A stretch of 64,000 nt of DNA. Source: Podarcis melisellensis. Its lineage: Eukaryota. The notes beneath the pieces are model-generated. The model did not search any database. It saw nothing but the letters and a program-made list of their open reading frames with translations, and was not told the DNA's origin. Shown here piece by piece: positions 46,416-59,722 of the stretch. Position 1 is the first letter of the stretch. Each line of letters begins with the position of its first letter. The stretch is taken from the NCBI GenBank assembly GCA_964234715.1, contig OZ174277.1. One strand, 5' to 3'. Position numbers and translations under genes: made by a program.

Positions 46416-47573
46416 TAATGAAATCTGATTTGGGACTGTGCATCATACATACATTTAAAAAGACATGAGTCCTGTGTTGGTAAGATGCTACTTTTAAGGA
46501 TAGCCCCCAAAATTATCTAAATGTCAGAGAAATACAAAAATATAATACCTGCACCTGGGTTTTGATATCATCATGCACTGTTATGTATAGCAATACGGTT
46601 TAGGTGTGTTTGTGCAGTACGTGCTATTTTGGAATATTGTTTGTTTCTTATAATAAAAGGTTTTTTGTCTGTTTTAAAAAAACCAGACAAGGTGTTGGTA
46701 TGTTTGTACCTTTACTGGACAACTAATAAGCAGTTGGAAGAGGCAAGCACTGTGAAACCTCCATTATTTAACCATAATTTCACAGTTGCAAAGCTAAGCA
46801 GGATCTGGTATGCTTTCAAATTGGATGTCCAACCGCATGTAGAGATTCCTGCATTACAGTGGGGTGGGCCTGATGAACATCAGGGTCCCTTCCAACTTTA
46901 CAATTCTATGAGTCTATGAGATACACCTAAGCTTGTTAATTGATTGCATAAGGATCTTTACTTGCATGAAATATGGATTTGTGATGAACAAGTTCAAGAC
47001 TACCAAATGTTTAAAATTAAATGTTCTATCACACACTGTACAGTTAGTAACTTCCTGAAGTGTTTTAAGTATGAATGAGAAAAACAGACACATGAAAAAG
47101 AAGGGGAAAAGAGAGAAGAATAAAGGCATGAAACCCATGGCATTTGGCTAGGAGGACCTTAGCTATTCAAATAAGTGCCTTTTGAGATAAGCTCCTTTTG
47201 AAGATTCAAGGGAAATGTTCAAACAAGCTCTGGTAGTTCAAAGATAAGGAGATATTGAGTGGTTTCTGTACTCTGCTTTATTAGGGTCAGAATTTTCTTC
47301 TCATGTGCAAAATTAAAGCTTAGGTGCTTATAAGGTTAGGACATTAAGAATCTTTAAATAAATGCATAAAGTTTCCAATAAAAGAAAAAAAGTTAATCCC
47401 ACAAAGAACAATTAAGCCTCAAATCTGCCTGATATATAAACAGAGCATTCTGCTTTAGCTGTCCATGCCATAGGAGGTATTTGATTTTTTTTTATAACAG
47501 AAGGAGATAACCATCTTTGAATGATTAAACTAGGGCATGGATTATCATCACCCTAATGACAACAATAACTTAT

Positions 47574-47927
47574 AAAACCAAGCCTTATGAGGAACGGTTG
47601 AAGGAGCTGGGTATGTTTAGCCTGGAAAAGGGGAGACTGAGAGGAGATATGATGGCCATCTTCAAATATCTGAAGGGCTGTCAGATGGAGCAAGTTTGTT
47701 TTCCCCTGCTCTGCAGAGTAGGACTCGAACCAATGGCTTCAATTTACAAGAAAGCAGTTTCCCACTAAACATCAGGAAGATCTTTCTGAACTTAAGGGCT
47801 GTTTAGCATTGGAATGGCCTCCCTCAGGAGATTGTGGAGTCTCCCTCATTGGTGGTTTTTAAGCAGAGGTTAGATGCATTGCAGATTCCTGCATTGCAAC
47901 GGGTTGGACTACAATTCTATGATTCTA
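47574..47927 (+). mobile_element. CR1 LINE 3' fragment
   Basis: Translates as [33 protein letters not shown] (CR1 ORF2 C-terminus) and ends in ATTCTATGATTCTA. Confidence 0.9.
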
Positions 47928-48805
47928 ACATTTACTAAGCACTGTACACAGATTAAAAACAAGGCAGTCCCTGTTCATAGGCTTACTACCTAAAAGACAC
48001 TGCAAAACCATTAAAAAAAGAAATAGGAAGGTGATAAGAAACTAGGTCTATGGGCAGCTACAAGTTCTGAAACATTTTACAGCAGTTATTATATGAAGGC
48101 AAACTTGGATGTAAACAGTTTTGGGAGGAGAGGAGCAAAATGAGAGTTGGTCCCTCAGTCCTGCTGTCCAATCTCTCTTCAGCGCTCACTCACAGTGAGC
48201 AAAAACTACCACATCCTGCCAATGTGCCTCAAAGTTTTCATGGGGCATATAAAACAAAGATTGTTAATAATGATCCCAACGCAGCCCGAAAGAAATAAGA
48301 TTCTTCCCTTTTTTCCTAACCTTTATTCAAAAACTTCTTCTTGGGGTTGCTGGATGCACCGGATGTTTTGAATAAAAAGTTTGAGAGCAGGAATTGTCTC
48401 TCTCCTGCCACCTGCAAAAATAGGTGGTGGGAGAAACTGAGCAGAAGGATTTGCTGGGAAAAGAATAGAGTGAATCAGCAAACCTTGCATACATTCAATA
48501 ACAACAGTCCTGTATTAACATCTGCTGCAAAAATTAAAGTGGCAAAGGCAACCAGATGCCAAGTACAAATGAATACATATGCTCACAGCCAAGCAAATAG
48601 GATTTATCATGCGAGAGACACTGACCAAACGTCAGTGAGCCCTTTGCGCAGAACTTAACAGGTCAGGTTGTGGCAGGAAATGAACTGACCACAGGCAAAG
48701 CAGTTAAAGATAGTGTTAAAAATGGAAAGCACTGTCAGCGCAAGGACAGACAGGTGGTGGCAATCCTACACACAGACTGCTTAAATCTACTGAATGGGAT
48801 CAACA

Positions 48806-48896
48806 CATAGCTGCCAACGTTTCCCTTTTTTTAAAGGGAAATTCCCTTATTCCGAATAGGATTCCTCGCAAGAACAGGGAAAAGTTAATAGCTATG
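48806..48896. mobile_element. 91-bp hAT-type MITE
   Basis: TIR CATAGCT.../...AGCTATG; perfect 8-bp TSD GATCAACA. Confidence 0.85.
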
Positions 48897-49898
48897 GATC
48901 AACAGCTTCAGAAGATTCAGGACTGCAGCCAAACTCTAATCATGCAGTCACAACTGTTGTTGGTCTTGCTAAAGGTTTCCTTTGGTTTTATCAATAAATG
49001 CAGTTTCCATCTCACATTGGTTAAACCCTCAGACAACAAATAAATCATGGCAGAAGCTGGGTAAGATACCCCTGAACTGCGTCTTAATCTCTCTCAATTT
49101 CTTACAGTTCCAATTCTATTGGGACATATTCACACCATGCGTTTAAAGCGCTCTTGTGCCACTTTAACTGCCATGGATGAATCTGGGAACAGTAGTGTGT
49201 TGAAGGGTGCTGAGAATTCAAAGTCTGTGAGGTCAGCACCCTTAACAAACTATATTTCCCAGGATTCTTTGGCGGGAGCAGTGATTGTTGAAGTGGTATA
49301 AAAGTATTCTGAATGTATGATACGGATGTTAATCTCAATATTCCAAAACAGTTTGTTTTAGGACCAATTCTAACTTTATTTCACCTGCATAATATCCAGA
49401 GAATTCTCTAGAATGCAGGGAGGAGAGTCCATACCCCTTGATTCATCACCTCCAGGAATAGCCATCGCTGGCAAGAAAACTGTCCATGTGATCAGAAGCG
49501 CTCAGCATTAAGGTAAGATAAGGGTAAGGGACGTCCTAGTCTGAAGTGGGCTGTTACAGGAACACTGTAGATAGGAATGTAAGAAAAGCCTTTCTAGAAC
49601 AAAGCAGAGCCAAAGTCAATCTAGTGCAGAGATGGTCAACCTGTGGCCCTCCAGGTATTATTGGATTGCAGCTCTCATAATCCCGGACCATTGGTCATGC
49701 TGGCTGGGGCTGACAGGAGTCTAATAACATCTGGAAGGCCACAGGTTCCTATTCCTGATTTAATCTAATCTTCTCCTTCTGACAATGACCAGCCAGGTGC
49801 CTCTGGGTAGCTTCCAATTAGGGCACAAAAGCAGCAGTTCTCCTATGTGTGTGTCTCCAGCATCACTTTTTAAATGTATAGCACCTCTTAACATAGAG

Positions 49899-50134
49899 CA
49901 GGGGTAGGCAACCTAAGGCCCAGGGGCCAGATGCGGCCCAATTGCCTTCTCAATTTGGCCCGCGGACGGTCCGGGAATCAGCGTGTTTTTACATGAGTAG
50001 AATGTGTCCTTTGATTTAAAATGCATCTCTGGGTTATTTGTGGGGCATAGGAAAATATAGAAAATATAGAAAAATAATAGTCTGGCCCACCACATGATCT
50101 GAGGGACGGTGGACCGGCCCACGGCTGACCCCTG
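49899..50134. mobile_element. hAT (Charlie-like) MITE
   Basis: TIR CAGGGGT.../...ACCCCTG; perfect 8-bp TSD ACATAGAG. Confidence 0.9.
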
Positions 50135-52553
50135 ACATAGAGGTTCCATTTGCTTACAGATACTAGCATATATCAATATTCTATTTCTAGTCCTTATTTT
50201 ATGTATTTTTTTTACCCCAAGCAAACTAGCACCCAGTGGAAACAAAGACCATACTTAACATCCACTGGCAGACTTAAATTAATCAACGTAATAGGCAATC
50301 TGGACAGCTTAATGCTGCAGACCAGTGAAGAAAACAACATCTTGTATCAGCTTGTAAATCAAGGTAACAACAGTAAACAGCAACAGCATGGTATCTCCTG
50401 AGTCCTGAATCTATGGAGCTATGAAATGACATGATGGACAACAGTCACAAATTACTTGTGTGGTATAATTATTGAGCAATCCCATATATATAAACAGAGC
50501 TGTAGTTTGCTTGAGAGAATACAGTTGGCGGACTGCTGTTCACGTTTCCCTTTTCAAATGGTTAATGATCAGACTATAAATGAAATGTCTTTTAATCCCC
50601 GGGAGAAACAATTACCCCTCCTTCCTTCCTTAAAAAAGGTCAAAAGTATATTATAAATTAATCCTTAGCCATCTGGCTTCCTTGAACAATTATATATAGA
50701 TGAAGAAAGGCTTTAACCTATTTCCAATATCCATATAAGCACTGAATATGGCAGAATGTAGTCATTTCTCTATCCACATTATTAAATCATATTTGGTGAT
50801 TTTGCTTATATCTAAAGCAGTCACCAGTTAAAGATGCAGAAAGGGACATATTTCAGAAGTCCAAGTAGGAATTTTCAAAATGGCTGAAAGATGCTGATCC
50901 AGTGAGAACTCTCTTGTGAGAAAGATGTTATGACTGAGTGGAGCAGTCTTCCCCAACGTGGTACCCGCCAAATGTTTAAGACTAGTGCTCCCATCATCTC
51001 AGAGCACAGACCATGCTGGCTGGGGCTGATGGGATTTGTAGTCCAAAACAACTGAAGGGCACCTGTTGGAGGAAGACTGGCTTTGATTAGCCTGGGAGGA
51101 GGCAGAAGTGACGGAGGTGATGACTGAACTGGAGCCTGTACAGGAGGGTGCAGTCTTGTTGCCTAGAATCAGGTGCCACCTTCACAGATGGAGGCAGATC
51201 CACCCGCCCTGATGGAACATGTGTTTGCAATCCTGCCATTCCCACAAAATAAGCGAGTTTTGCGACTGAACGAGCCACATCTCGTCTTTAAAAGCTTGGT
51301 GGGTGGCTTGTGGAAATTTGTGGGACATCTTTTGTCACTTCCCTCCAGTTGTGAACTTCCTTTCCCTGCTCTCGAACCATGACTCCAGAGTTCTGTGCCT
51401 GCTGCTGAGCCTGTATTGTCACTTGTCTGAATAAATATCTCTTTCTTACTTACAAGTAAGAGTCACCGATTGCATGCTTTGAGGTGGCCAGAAGGAAAAC
51501 CACTTGGCGCGCGCGCACACACACAGCCCTCTTTATTAGTACTTCACATGCTTACAAGGCCAAGTCCTGTTGCTGAAAGCACATCCTGGGGATGAGCCTT
51601 GGCACAAATTAAGCTCTGGCTGTATGAACAAAGGCATGGGGAAAGTTAGTTCAGGGTGCCATGGAACTGTGGAAATAATTAATTTGGAGCCACACTCTTT
51701 CCTTCCCGGTTGATTAATCAGAAATGAATACTACATCCTGACTGGGTCCAAAGCATGAGCATATCCTGGAGTGCGCCATGGATATTCGGACATCCGCATC
51801 TCTAGGGAAAAGCTGCTGACCAAGCAATTAAATAATTCTAGCAGGCTAATTACCTGAACTAAATTTAGTCACTCTTTTGTACACGAAGTTGTAATCATTT
51901 AAAATGTGGTAGAAGACATGGCTCTCTGCTCTTTCCAAAGTGTATTGGAAGATTCTGATGGCCCAGTGTAGGCTGATTCCAAATAAAGCCAACCTAATTT
52001 GTTTTACAAGCATTAATGGACATTGGGATCCCCATATATGGTATCTGTGGGAACATGAAAAAGGCCCAGTTCTATAATCATGTTTAACCATCAAGAAGAC
52101 TATATTGTGCATACAAGTCTATTAAATAAAAGGAAGGATCCTTGCCTAACAGTTCACAGCAGCTCACACATTACAGGCTATGAATACCTACACAATAACA
52201 TGGGGAGGAAGAGATCTGAAAGATGAACTATGTGAAAGGTGCCAGAATTCAATACATACTGAGGGACAAACTACAACTGCACCCATATTTGTTTTCCTCA
52301 GTTTTGAGAGAAGCGCCTGTGGTGACAGACCATGGAGAGGACGCTTCAGTTCCCCTTACCCACAAATCGTCTTTAGTGAAAAAATTAAGACTGCCCCTAC
52401 CAACTCTTATGTTATATGTCAACAAGGGCATGCACATGAATAAAGATGGTTGCCCTCACCATTCCAGTTTGGTCCTAAATATAGAAGAATGCCAAAGCAC
52501 ATTTCCAAAGCATATCTATTAAATGAAGGCTCATTCTTAGCACATCTTCAGAT

Positions 52554-52856
52554 GGTAAAAGGTAAAGGATCCCTGGACGGTTACCGGTAAGTCCAGTCAA
52601 AAGTGAGTATGGGGTGCAGCACTCATCTTGCTTTTCAGGCCAAGGGAGCCGGTGTTTGTCCACAGATAGCTTTCCGGGTCATGTGGCCAGAAGGACTAAA
52701 CCGCTACTGACACACAAGAGGACCGTGATGAGGGCCAGAGCACCCGGAAATGCCGTTTACCTTCCTGCCACAGCAGTACCTATTTATCTACTTGCACTGG
52801 CGTCCTTTCAAACTGCTAGGTTGGCAGAAGCTGGGACAGAGCGACGGGAACTCACC
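52554..52856 (-). mobile_element. Sauria SINE, 5'-truncated
   Basis: ggtaaaaggtaaagg tail and body gtcatgtggccag...tatttatctacttgcac...gctaggttggcag. Confidence 0.85.
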
Positions 52857-54042
52857 AGACGAAAACGATCCAAGTAGTGGTGGTGGTGCTGGTATCCAAA
52901 CTCTAGAGAGACAAGTGAGCACTTCCAGAAGCAGAATACTACCCAAGAGGTAGAAGTGGCTGATATGTACAGCTCCTTATCGTTATCATACCGCCAAAGA
53001 GCCAGGCCACAGTTCTACAGTATTGCTTGTTTAGGGTTGCCAGTTCTTCACCTGCAAATAGTGGTCTCAGTCAAGTTCTAGTCAGGCACAGAATGTAGAT
53101 CCCATACAAAGCAACACACCACAAGTTGGCTTAGATGCACTTCTGAATGCATATATGTTAATTTAAAACGTGTGATCTCAACCTTCCTCCAAGGAACTCA
53201 GGCTTCATAACAACCACACTGGATGGCTCAAATGGATTGACATTGACTGGTCAAAGGTCTTTCAGTGAGCTTCACAGCTCTGCAGGTGTTTGAATCCTGG
53301 TGTCCCTAGTGAAAATCTGATCATATCAAAATCCAGTAATACGGGTACATTCACCCATTTATGTTACTTCCTTATCTGGGTACCGGTGATTGTCTAACTA
53401 CATAAGCTCAAAGAGACCGCAACCACCGCAATTCCTGTCCTCCTATTTTACCGTTCCCTTGATCCCCCTCTCCTACCTGCAGGATATAGCAAACTAGTTT
53501 TGCCTGATAGCAGTCAGGGAAGAAGAATGAGTGAAGAAAGCAATGGAACAATAGCTTCACGCTCACTAAGTGCCTTTTCACTTTTAAAACCGCAAGCACC
53601 ATCTCCAGGCTAAGATGGCCCTGCAATCCTACCCATGTTTCTGACATGATGTTTTATCATCTTGACAGTAAAACAGTTTGTGCAGAGACTGATGAGTTAT
53701 GTCTGTCTATCACAGCATAATTGGAGTGAAATTAAAAGTTGAGAAATAATGGAACTCTTGTCTTAATATTTGTTTACCAGGGCTAAGGTTTTTTAAAAAC
53801 AACAACAGCAACTATGCAAGTCAATGAAACAACCCATTAAAGAGATTAAATAAAACTATATGCATTTCAACTTGCATGCCCCAACCCCTGAAGCTTCCAC
53901 TCAATTTATACAGTCCTCTTTCATAGGGGAAAAAACTGCATCAAACTGCAGCCAACTGTTTTTAATCTCCCAGTATTAGTGTTGTCAATCAATCACAATA
54001 AACACTTAAAAGAACTCTGAAAAGAAAACCACTGGAATTAAT

Positions 54043-54810
54043 TGCATGGAGAGGCCCCGGGCCCCACAGTTCCCTCTGGGGAAAAAACACACACCAACAC
54101 AAGTATATTGAGTTAATGGGGTGAATTAGGCACAACTTTATTGGTTACAGATGTGAGAGGTTTGGCTTCAACAATTGGGTGAAGCAAGAATATATCCTGA
54201 CTCCTACCCATCTTCAGGAAGTCTCATAAGGGTCAACCACCAGAAGGGGGAGCCCTATGATATACATCAATTAAGAGCTCCCCCAGGGTCACTGTTGGGG
54301 TCCTGGCATGGCCCTAGCCCACGCCCAGGCTTCGGACAGGAACCACATCCCCAGATCCCTTTAATGGGATACCCTTAATGAGGAGGGGCAGGCGGAGGCT
54401 ACAACCTCCCCTCCCATAATAAAGCTTACCCAATGCCTAACCTTACAAAGCTGTGGCGATTGCTACTAGGTAGGTGAAAACCAAATGGCTGGTGCCAATT
54501 TGCCAAGTGGAAAAATTCCTACCTGGCCCCAACAACCAGGCGACCGACATTAGTCATACCAAGGCCATAATCAATCAACGCAAGAAAAGAGGGTGGGTAG
54601 GCTGGGAGATCTGACAAAAGGAGGCAAAGGAGACTGTTCTCCAGCTGCACCGCTATTTAAACAGATGTAACCCAACCGGTCAGCTGGGGGGGGGGCATGA
54701 CGCAACTGGGCATCCCAGTGATGCAGGGCTGTGTCACTCCCCCACTGCTGGGTCACTGCAAGACCCGGATACCGCCTGCAAAGCAGCCCCCCAAAGAGGG
54801 GGAACTGACA
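54043..54810 (-). mobile_element. Probable solo LTR
   Basis: Minus strand begins TGTCAGTTCCCC; TATA-like TTTAAATA (~54655-54662) followed by AATAAA (~54137-54142). No clear TSD and the left boundary is uncertain. Confidence 0.5.
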
Positions 54811-57787
54811 TCTAGTAAAATGGCGAAGATAATCTGAATATCCAGGACATTTATTTTTTTGAAAATACAAACATGAATGTTTTCCTGTTGAAAGCACAGG
54901 AAATGCATACATATGCCACACATAATTCCTTTCTCATATGCTCAGAACACATGCAAAGATAAAGAACTGGGAGCAGAATTCAGCTTCCTGAAAAACTTGG
55001 GTTTCATGAAAAAATAAAGCATGTTTTTAGCTATTAAGGTTGCCCTGCTATAGTTATTATAAACGTTAAATTATGAATATGTATGGATTATTTAACTGGA
55101 GAAATTGCAGAAATTCAGAGGGGGGAGCAGGGCTGGCTTTGGTACCCATCATCCCAGCTGCTGAGGCTTCACAGAAAAGACCACCGTTTGCACTCCCAAA
55201 CCTTCCTTGTCTTTCTTCCAGGTTTATTACAGGGAAAACCCCGACATTTAAAAGCAGGTGTACCATCACTCGCAGCAGATGCTACCATGCATGTGCTTTG
55301 CCATTCAGAAACTGTACCTTTGTACCAGGTTTAAAAAGCAGAACGTGAACCGCCTCTAAGGTACTTCCAGGCAATTGGTACCTACCTGTTAACAGAAGCA
55401 TAACATGTGAATAAGCCTTGAGCCATTACAAATGGGCTATAAGAATCCTGCAAGGTATCTAGCATTGTTTATTTTTTTACCCAGTTCACCTCCTCAATTA
55501 GCAGATCCACTGGCTCAGTTTCCCGACTGAGCTCAGTATTTATCTTCTTGATTTTTAATCTTCTGCGGATTTTCTCCAGGCTGTCTCATAAAAAAATGCC
55601 TCTTTGCTCAGATACTCCTTCCCTTTCAGTCTATCACAGACTAGCCTTCTTTCTCTCTACTGCCTTGGCCATCTGGAGCACTCTGTCTGGAGTCTTCTGC
55701 CTCATTAACTTTCCACCGTGTTTCAAAGCTCAGAGGAAAGTATCTTTTCACATTTTAACTATTATTATCTCTGTTACAGTATTCAATTAAATCAAAATGA
55801 TTAGCTTGAAAGTTGTCTCTTTTTGAATGCTTCCTCAAGGCAGCAAAACCGGAAAAAATAAGCATTTTAGGTTGACTTACTGCTTCTTATAATATTGGTA
55901 CAAAATAAGTGACAAAGCTGGTTCACTTTGGATTCTTGTTTCAGTTTTGTTTGGAGGGGTTTTTTTAAGCCTTTGAGGGGAGCAAAGTGATTCTTAGAAT
56001 CTCAGCCTTAGTTCTAAGGAATTGAAGATAGATTTTTCATTAACCAGAAAATGGTATATAAAACATTTTTATATACACAACGTATTAGTTCTTGTATCAT
56101 TAAAAAATAGACTTTACTCAAGTCTGACCTTGTACTCCCATATTTTAACTAATCTGCTTTTCATAGGCATTAGTTTAAATCCACAGGTTGCATACATGTT
56201 TAAAAACCCGCTTCTCAATAGATTAGTACAGTATGTGTGTTTTGCACATAATAAATCTGTTACATTTCAATTATTCTCTTCCTTGCTTTCTCAACACCCT
56301 AAGGGTAACGGCTGGTCCTCCACATTCTGCCAATAAGGAAGCCAGAAGCATATAAGTTTTCACACATGGCTTCAAAATTTAAGATATTTTTCTTAAAACA
56401 TTTTAACTACTTATCAATATGCTTCAATAAATATCATAGGTTTTAAAAACCATTTCAACTTGCTTGGCCCCTACAGAAATGTATCTACTTTCACATTCTC
56501 TAGTCAGCGTTGCAAACCTTGTAAAAAGCAAATATTATAAATAATTATATGCTAGGATAATAACGATAGTCAACTTTTTTAAAAGATGAGTTGGTATTAT
56601 AAAACAAATTTGCAGTCACCTAATGTAATTGCTGAAACACAAAGTAACACCTTCTGCTAAACCACAATAACTTAATGGGTTTTAATTTAAACCAAAGCAG
56701 CAACGGAGACAAGACTAGGATCTTTTGTTAGTTTACCAACTCTGTGTAAGTCTACACAGGCTCTCCCACTGGAAAAGATAATAGGGCCCATTGTTTAAAG
56801 AGGAAAGAACCTTCAATTACCCCTCAAGGCTTTTAACAGCTCTTCCTGGAGCTTAGATAGCAAAATATTCCAAATATTTAAATGCAAACGTTGTATTGCT
56901 TTCTGGCTGCCTGTGCCTAGAACTGTACCGAATATTTATTACGAACACATGAATAAAAAAAAGCCTCCTAACTCACGTGAGACATGTTGCCACGCTCTGG
57001 GAAACAGTGGGTCCTCTCAGCCATGTGTTTGCAAAACATATTTAGGCGTTGAAGACCAAGCAACAAACAGACACCCAACACAGGGACAGCTGGGATAAAC
57101 AGCAGTGTGACTACCACTGGCAATAATAGGGCAGGCCAATTTACATGTCAATGGAGGACTCCCCAGAGGCCCATCGGGTTCTAAAGAATTAGGGTCCAGT
57201 GGGGAAAGCCTTTGGTCCTGGAATTAGTGTGCTGCTTAGACAGTTGTTCACAGCCCCCTCCTCTATTGTATTGCAGACCAGATGCTATTATTCCCCAGGA
57301 TTACTCTATCTCTGGTTATGACAAGGAATATACAAAAAGATATACAAATGCTCTTTAAAGAGCCACATCATAATTATTCTTTTGATACTCTGCAACTTAA
57401 ATCTGCAATATTTCCAAGAGCAGGACTTTGAATCTTTCAGTGAACCTTTTCTGTTCCCCAACACACACTAACACATTCCCCAAAAAAAGCATTTGGATTA
57501 CAAACTCTTGAATTTTACATTCTAATGGTAGCAGGGCACAGTCTCAGGTGGAAAGAGAATGTGGGTGTGTAGCAAGAGGAAACAGCCCGAAGACCCTTTT
57601 GGTGGGTCTAGGGGTGAAACTGTCTATTCTGTTAAAAAACAGGTGGGGTATTTGCAACCCTTCAGGTGTTTTTGGACTACAATTCCCATCATCTTAGTCC
57701 CTTGTTCATGCCGGCTAGGATGGATGGGAGCTGGAGTCCAGCAACACCTGAAGAACTGCAGGTTCACAACCCCTGACCTAAAAGATA

Positions 57788-58142
57788 AGGTAAAGGCAAA
57801 GGGACCCCTGACCATTAGGTCCAGTCGTGACTGACTCTGGGGTTGCGGCGCTCATATCGCTTTATTGGCCGAGGGAGCCAGCGTACAGCTTCCAGGTCAT
57901 GTGGCCAGCATGACTAAGCTGCTTCTGGCGAACCAGAGCAGCGCACGGAAACGCCGTTTACCTTCCCGCTGGAGCGGTACCTATTTATCTACTTGCAATA
58001 TGACATGCTTTCGAACTGCTAGGTTGGCAGGAGCTGGGACCGAGCAATGGAAGCTCACCCCGTCACGGGGATTCGAACCACTGACCTTCTGATCGGCAAG
58101 TCCTAGGCTCTGTGGTTTAACCCACAGTGCCACCCACGTCCC
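57788..58142 (-). mobile_element. Full-length Sauria SINE
   Basis: Minus strand GGGACGTGGGTGGCACTGTGGGTTAAACC...GGTTCGAATCCCC...CCCTTTGCCTTTACC; TSD TGACCTAAAAGATA (57774-57787, 58143-58156). Confidence 0.95.
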
Positions 58143-59480
58143 TGACCTAAAAGATACCGCTGTTTAAAAAGATGGCAGTGATGAAAAATTGGCCTTAATG
58201 CATGATGATCTTGCAACTGCCCTATTCGAGAGTTAGAAATATGGGGTGGAGATTCAACATACTCTTAAGTGGGGTATGCACGAGTGGAATGAGATCTGCT
58301 TGCACAACAGGTCTTCCTCCCCAGCCCCCTGGGTGGGATTAGAAAGAAATGAAACATCAGGGCAAAGGATCCTACCATCAGCAGGAGCAAATATAGAGAA
58401 TTAATGGACCCAGGACTGAATGTACACTTGCCAATGATGTCTAAATAACACTTGCATTAGAAGTTTTAGATAACAGCACTCAGAGAGGTGGGGGAGCGTG
58501 TCACAAGCATTCCAAAATCCAGTGCAGAGATGGATGGGAAATGTGTGGACATAAATGGGGAAAAGCCTGCACCAATATGCAACAGACTGACCCCCAAATT
58601 GTGGCAAGCTATTCTGGAGCAGCTGAATAAGGAAGTTACCAGCTCACAACTTTGGTTGCATCAAGAGAAGTGTGATTGTAAGGTGGTTGTGCCAACTACT
58701 CACTGTATATTATGGTACGAGCATTTCTATAAATGCTTTTTTAAAAATAAAGCCAATAAAGAATACTCTTATTTCACATCCACAGAACCCTCTTCTCATG
58801 GTTAACCTACTAACTTTCATTTCACTGAAGTTAACACAGTTGTTAACACTTGGGAAGTGATTAAGTGCTTTAGATTACAAGCTACCATATGTTGTGGAAA
58901 GTTGTTTGTTTGTTATACATTGAGATTTACTGTTACAAAGAACAAATGAGGCTTGTCTTATCAGTGCAATAAGATTGGGATTAGACTAAATGGGGTTTTG
59001 GGGTCCCCTCAAATTCTATGGTTTTATAGCCCTAAAATGGGATCTGCAAAAAAGGGTGATTACTAAAACGGTCAGATCAGTTTCTTTGTTAAGCAGACCT
59101 GGCAAGATCTGCTAAGGATCCTGTTTGTAACATATGCTAGAGTAATGTTCCAGAAATGGGACAGCTAGAGATCCTTCTAGAAGGGAACATGTTTCCCTCC
59201 CCTTTAACGGGCTGGAGGTGATGTAATAAGGTAGGTTTGTGTGTTGTTGTTTTTAGACAGCCATCTAAATTTTGGGGGGTGGGGGCGGGTCTAGAATTTT
59301 GAGCCATAAGGAAAACACATCTCCAAGATACACATCACAGATCTTCAATAGTGGGGGTTTCAAATAAAACTTGTTTTAAATGTGGATTCTGTAGGAGAGT
59401 TGGATTTGGTGGAAAAGCTATACAAATGACAAATCTTAGAAACAAGAGCTATCACTAATGAATTCAGAATGATTAAAATA

Positions 59481-59722
59481 CAGTGGTACCTTGGGTTAAG
59501 TACTTAATTCGTTCTGGAGGTCCGTTCTTAACCTGAAACTGTTCTTAACCTGAAGCACCACTTTAGCTAATGGGGCCTCCCACTGCCGCTGCGCCACCGG
59601 AGCACTATTTCTGTTCTCATCCTGAAGCAAAGTTCTTAACCTGAGGTACTATTTCTGGGTTAGCAGAGTCTGTAACCTGAAGCGTATGTAACCTGAAGCG
59701 TATGTAACCCGAGGTACCACTG
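59481..59722. mobile_element. Tc1/mariner MITE family B, 242 bp
   Basis: TA TSD; TIR CAGTGGTACC.../...GGTACCACTG. Confidence 0.9.

Noticed and set aside
51090-51480. Possible LTR remnant (TTTAAAAG followed by AATAAA)
   Set aside because: No definable TG/CA termini or TSD; too weak to call
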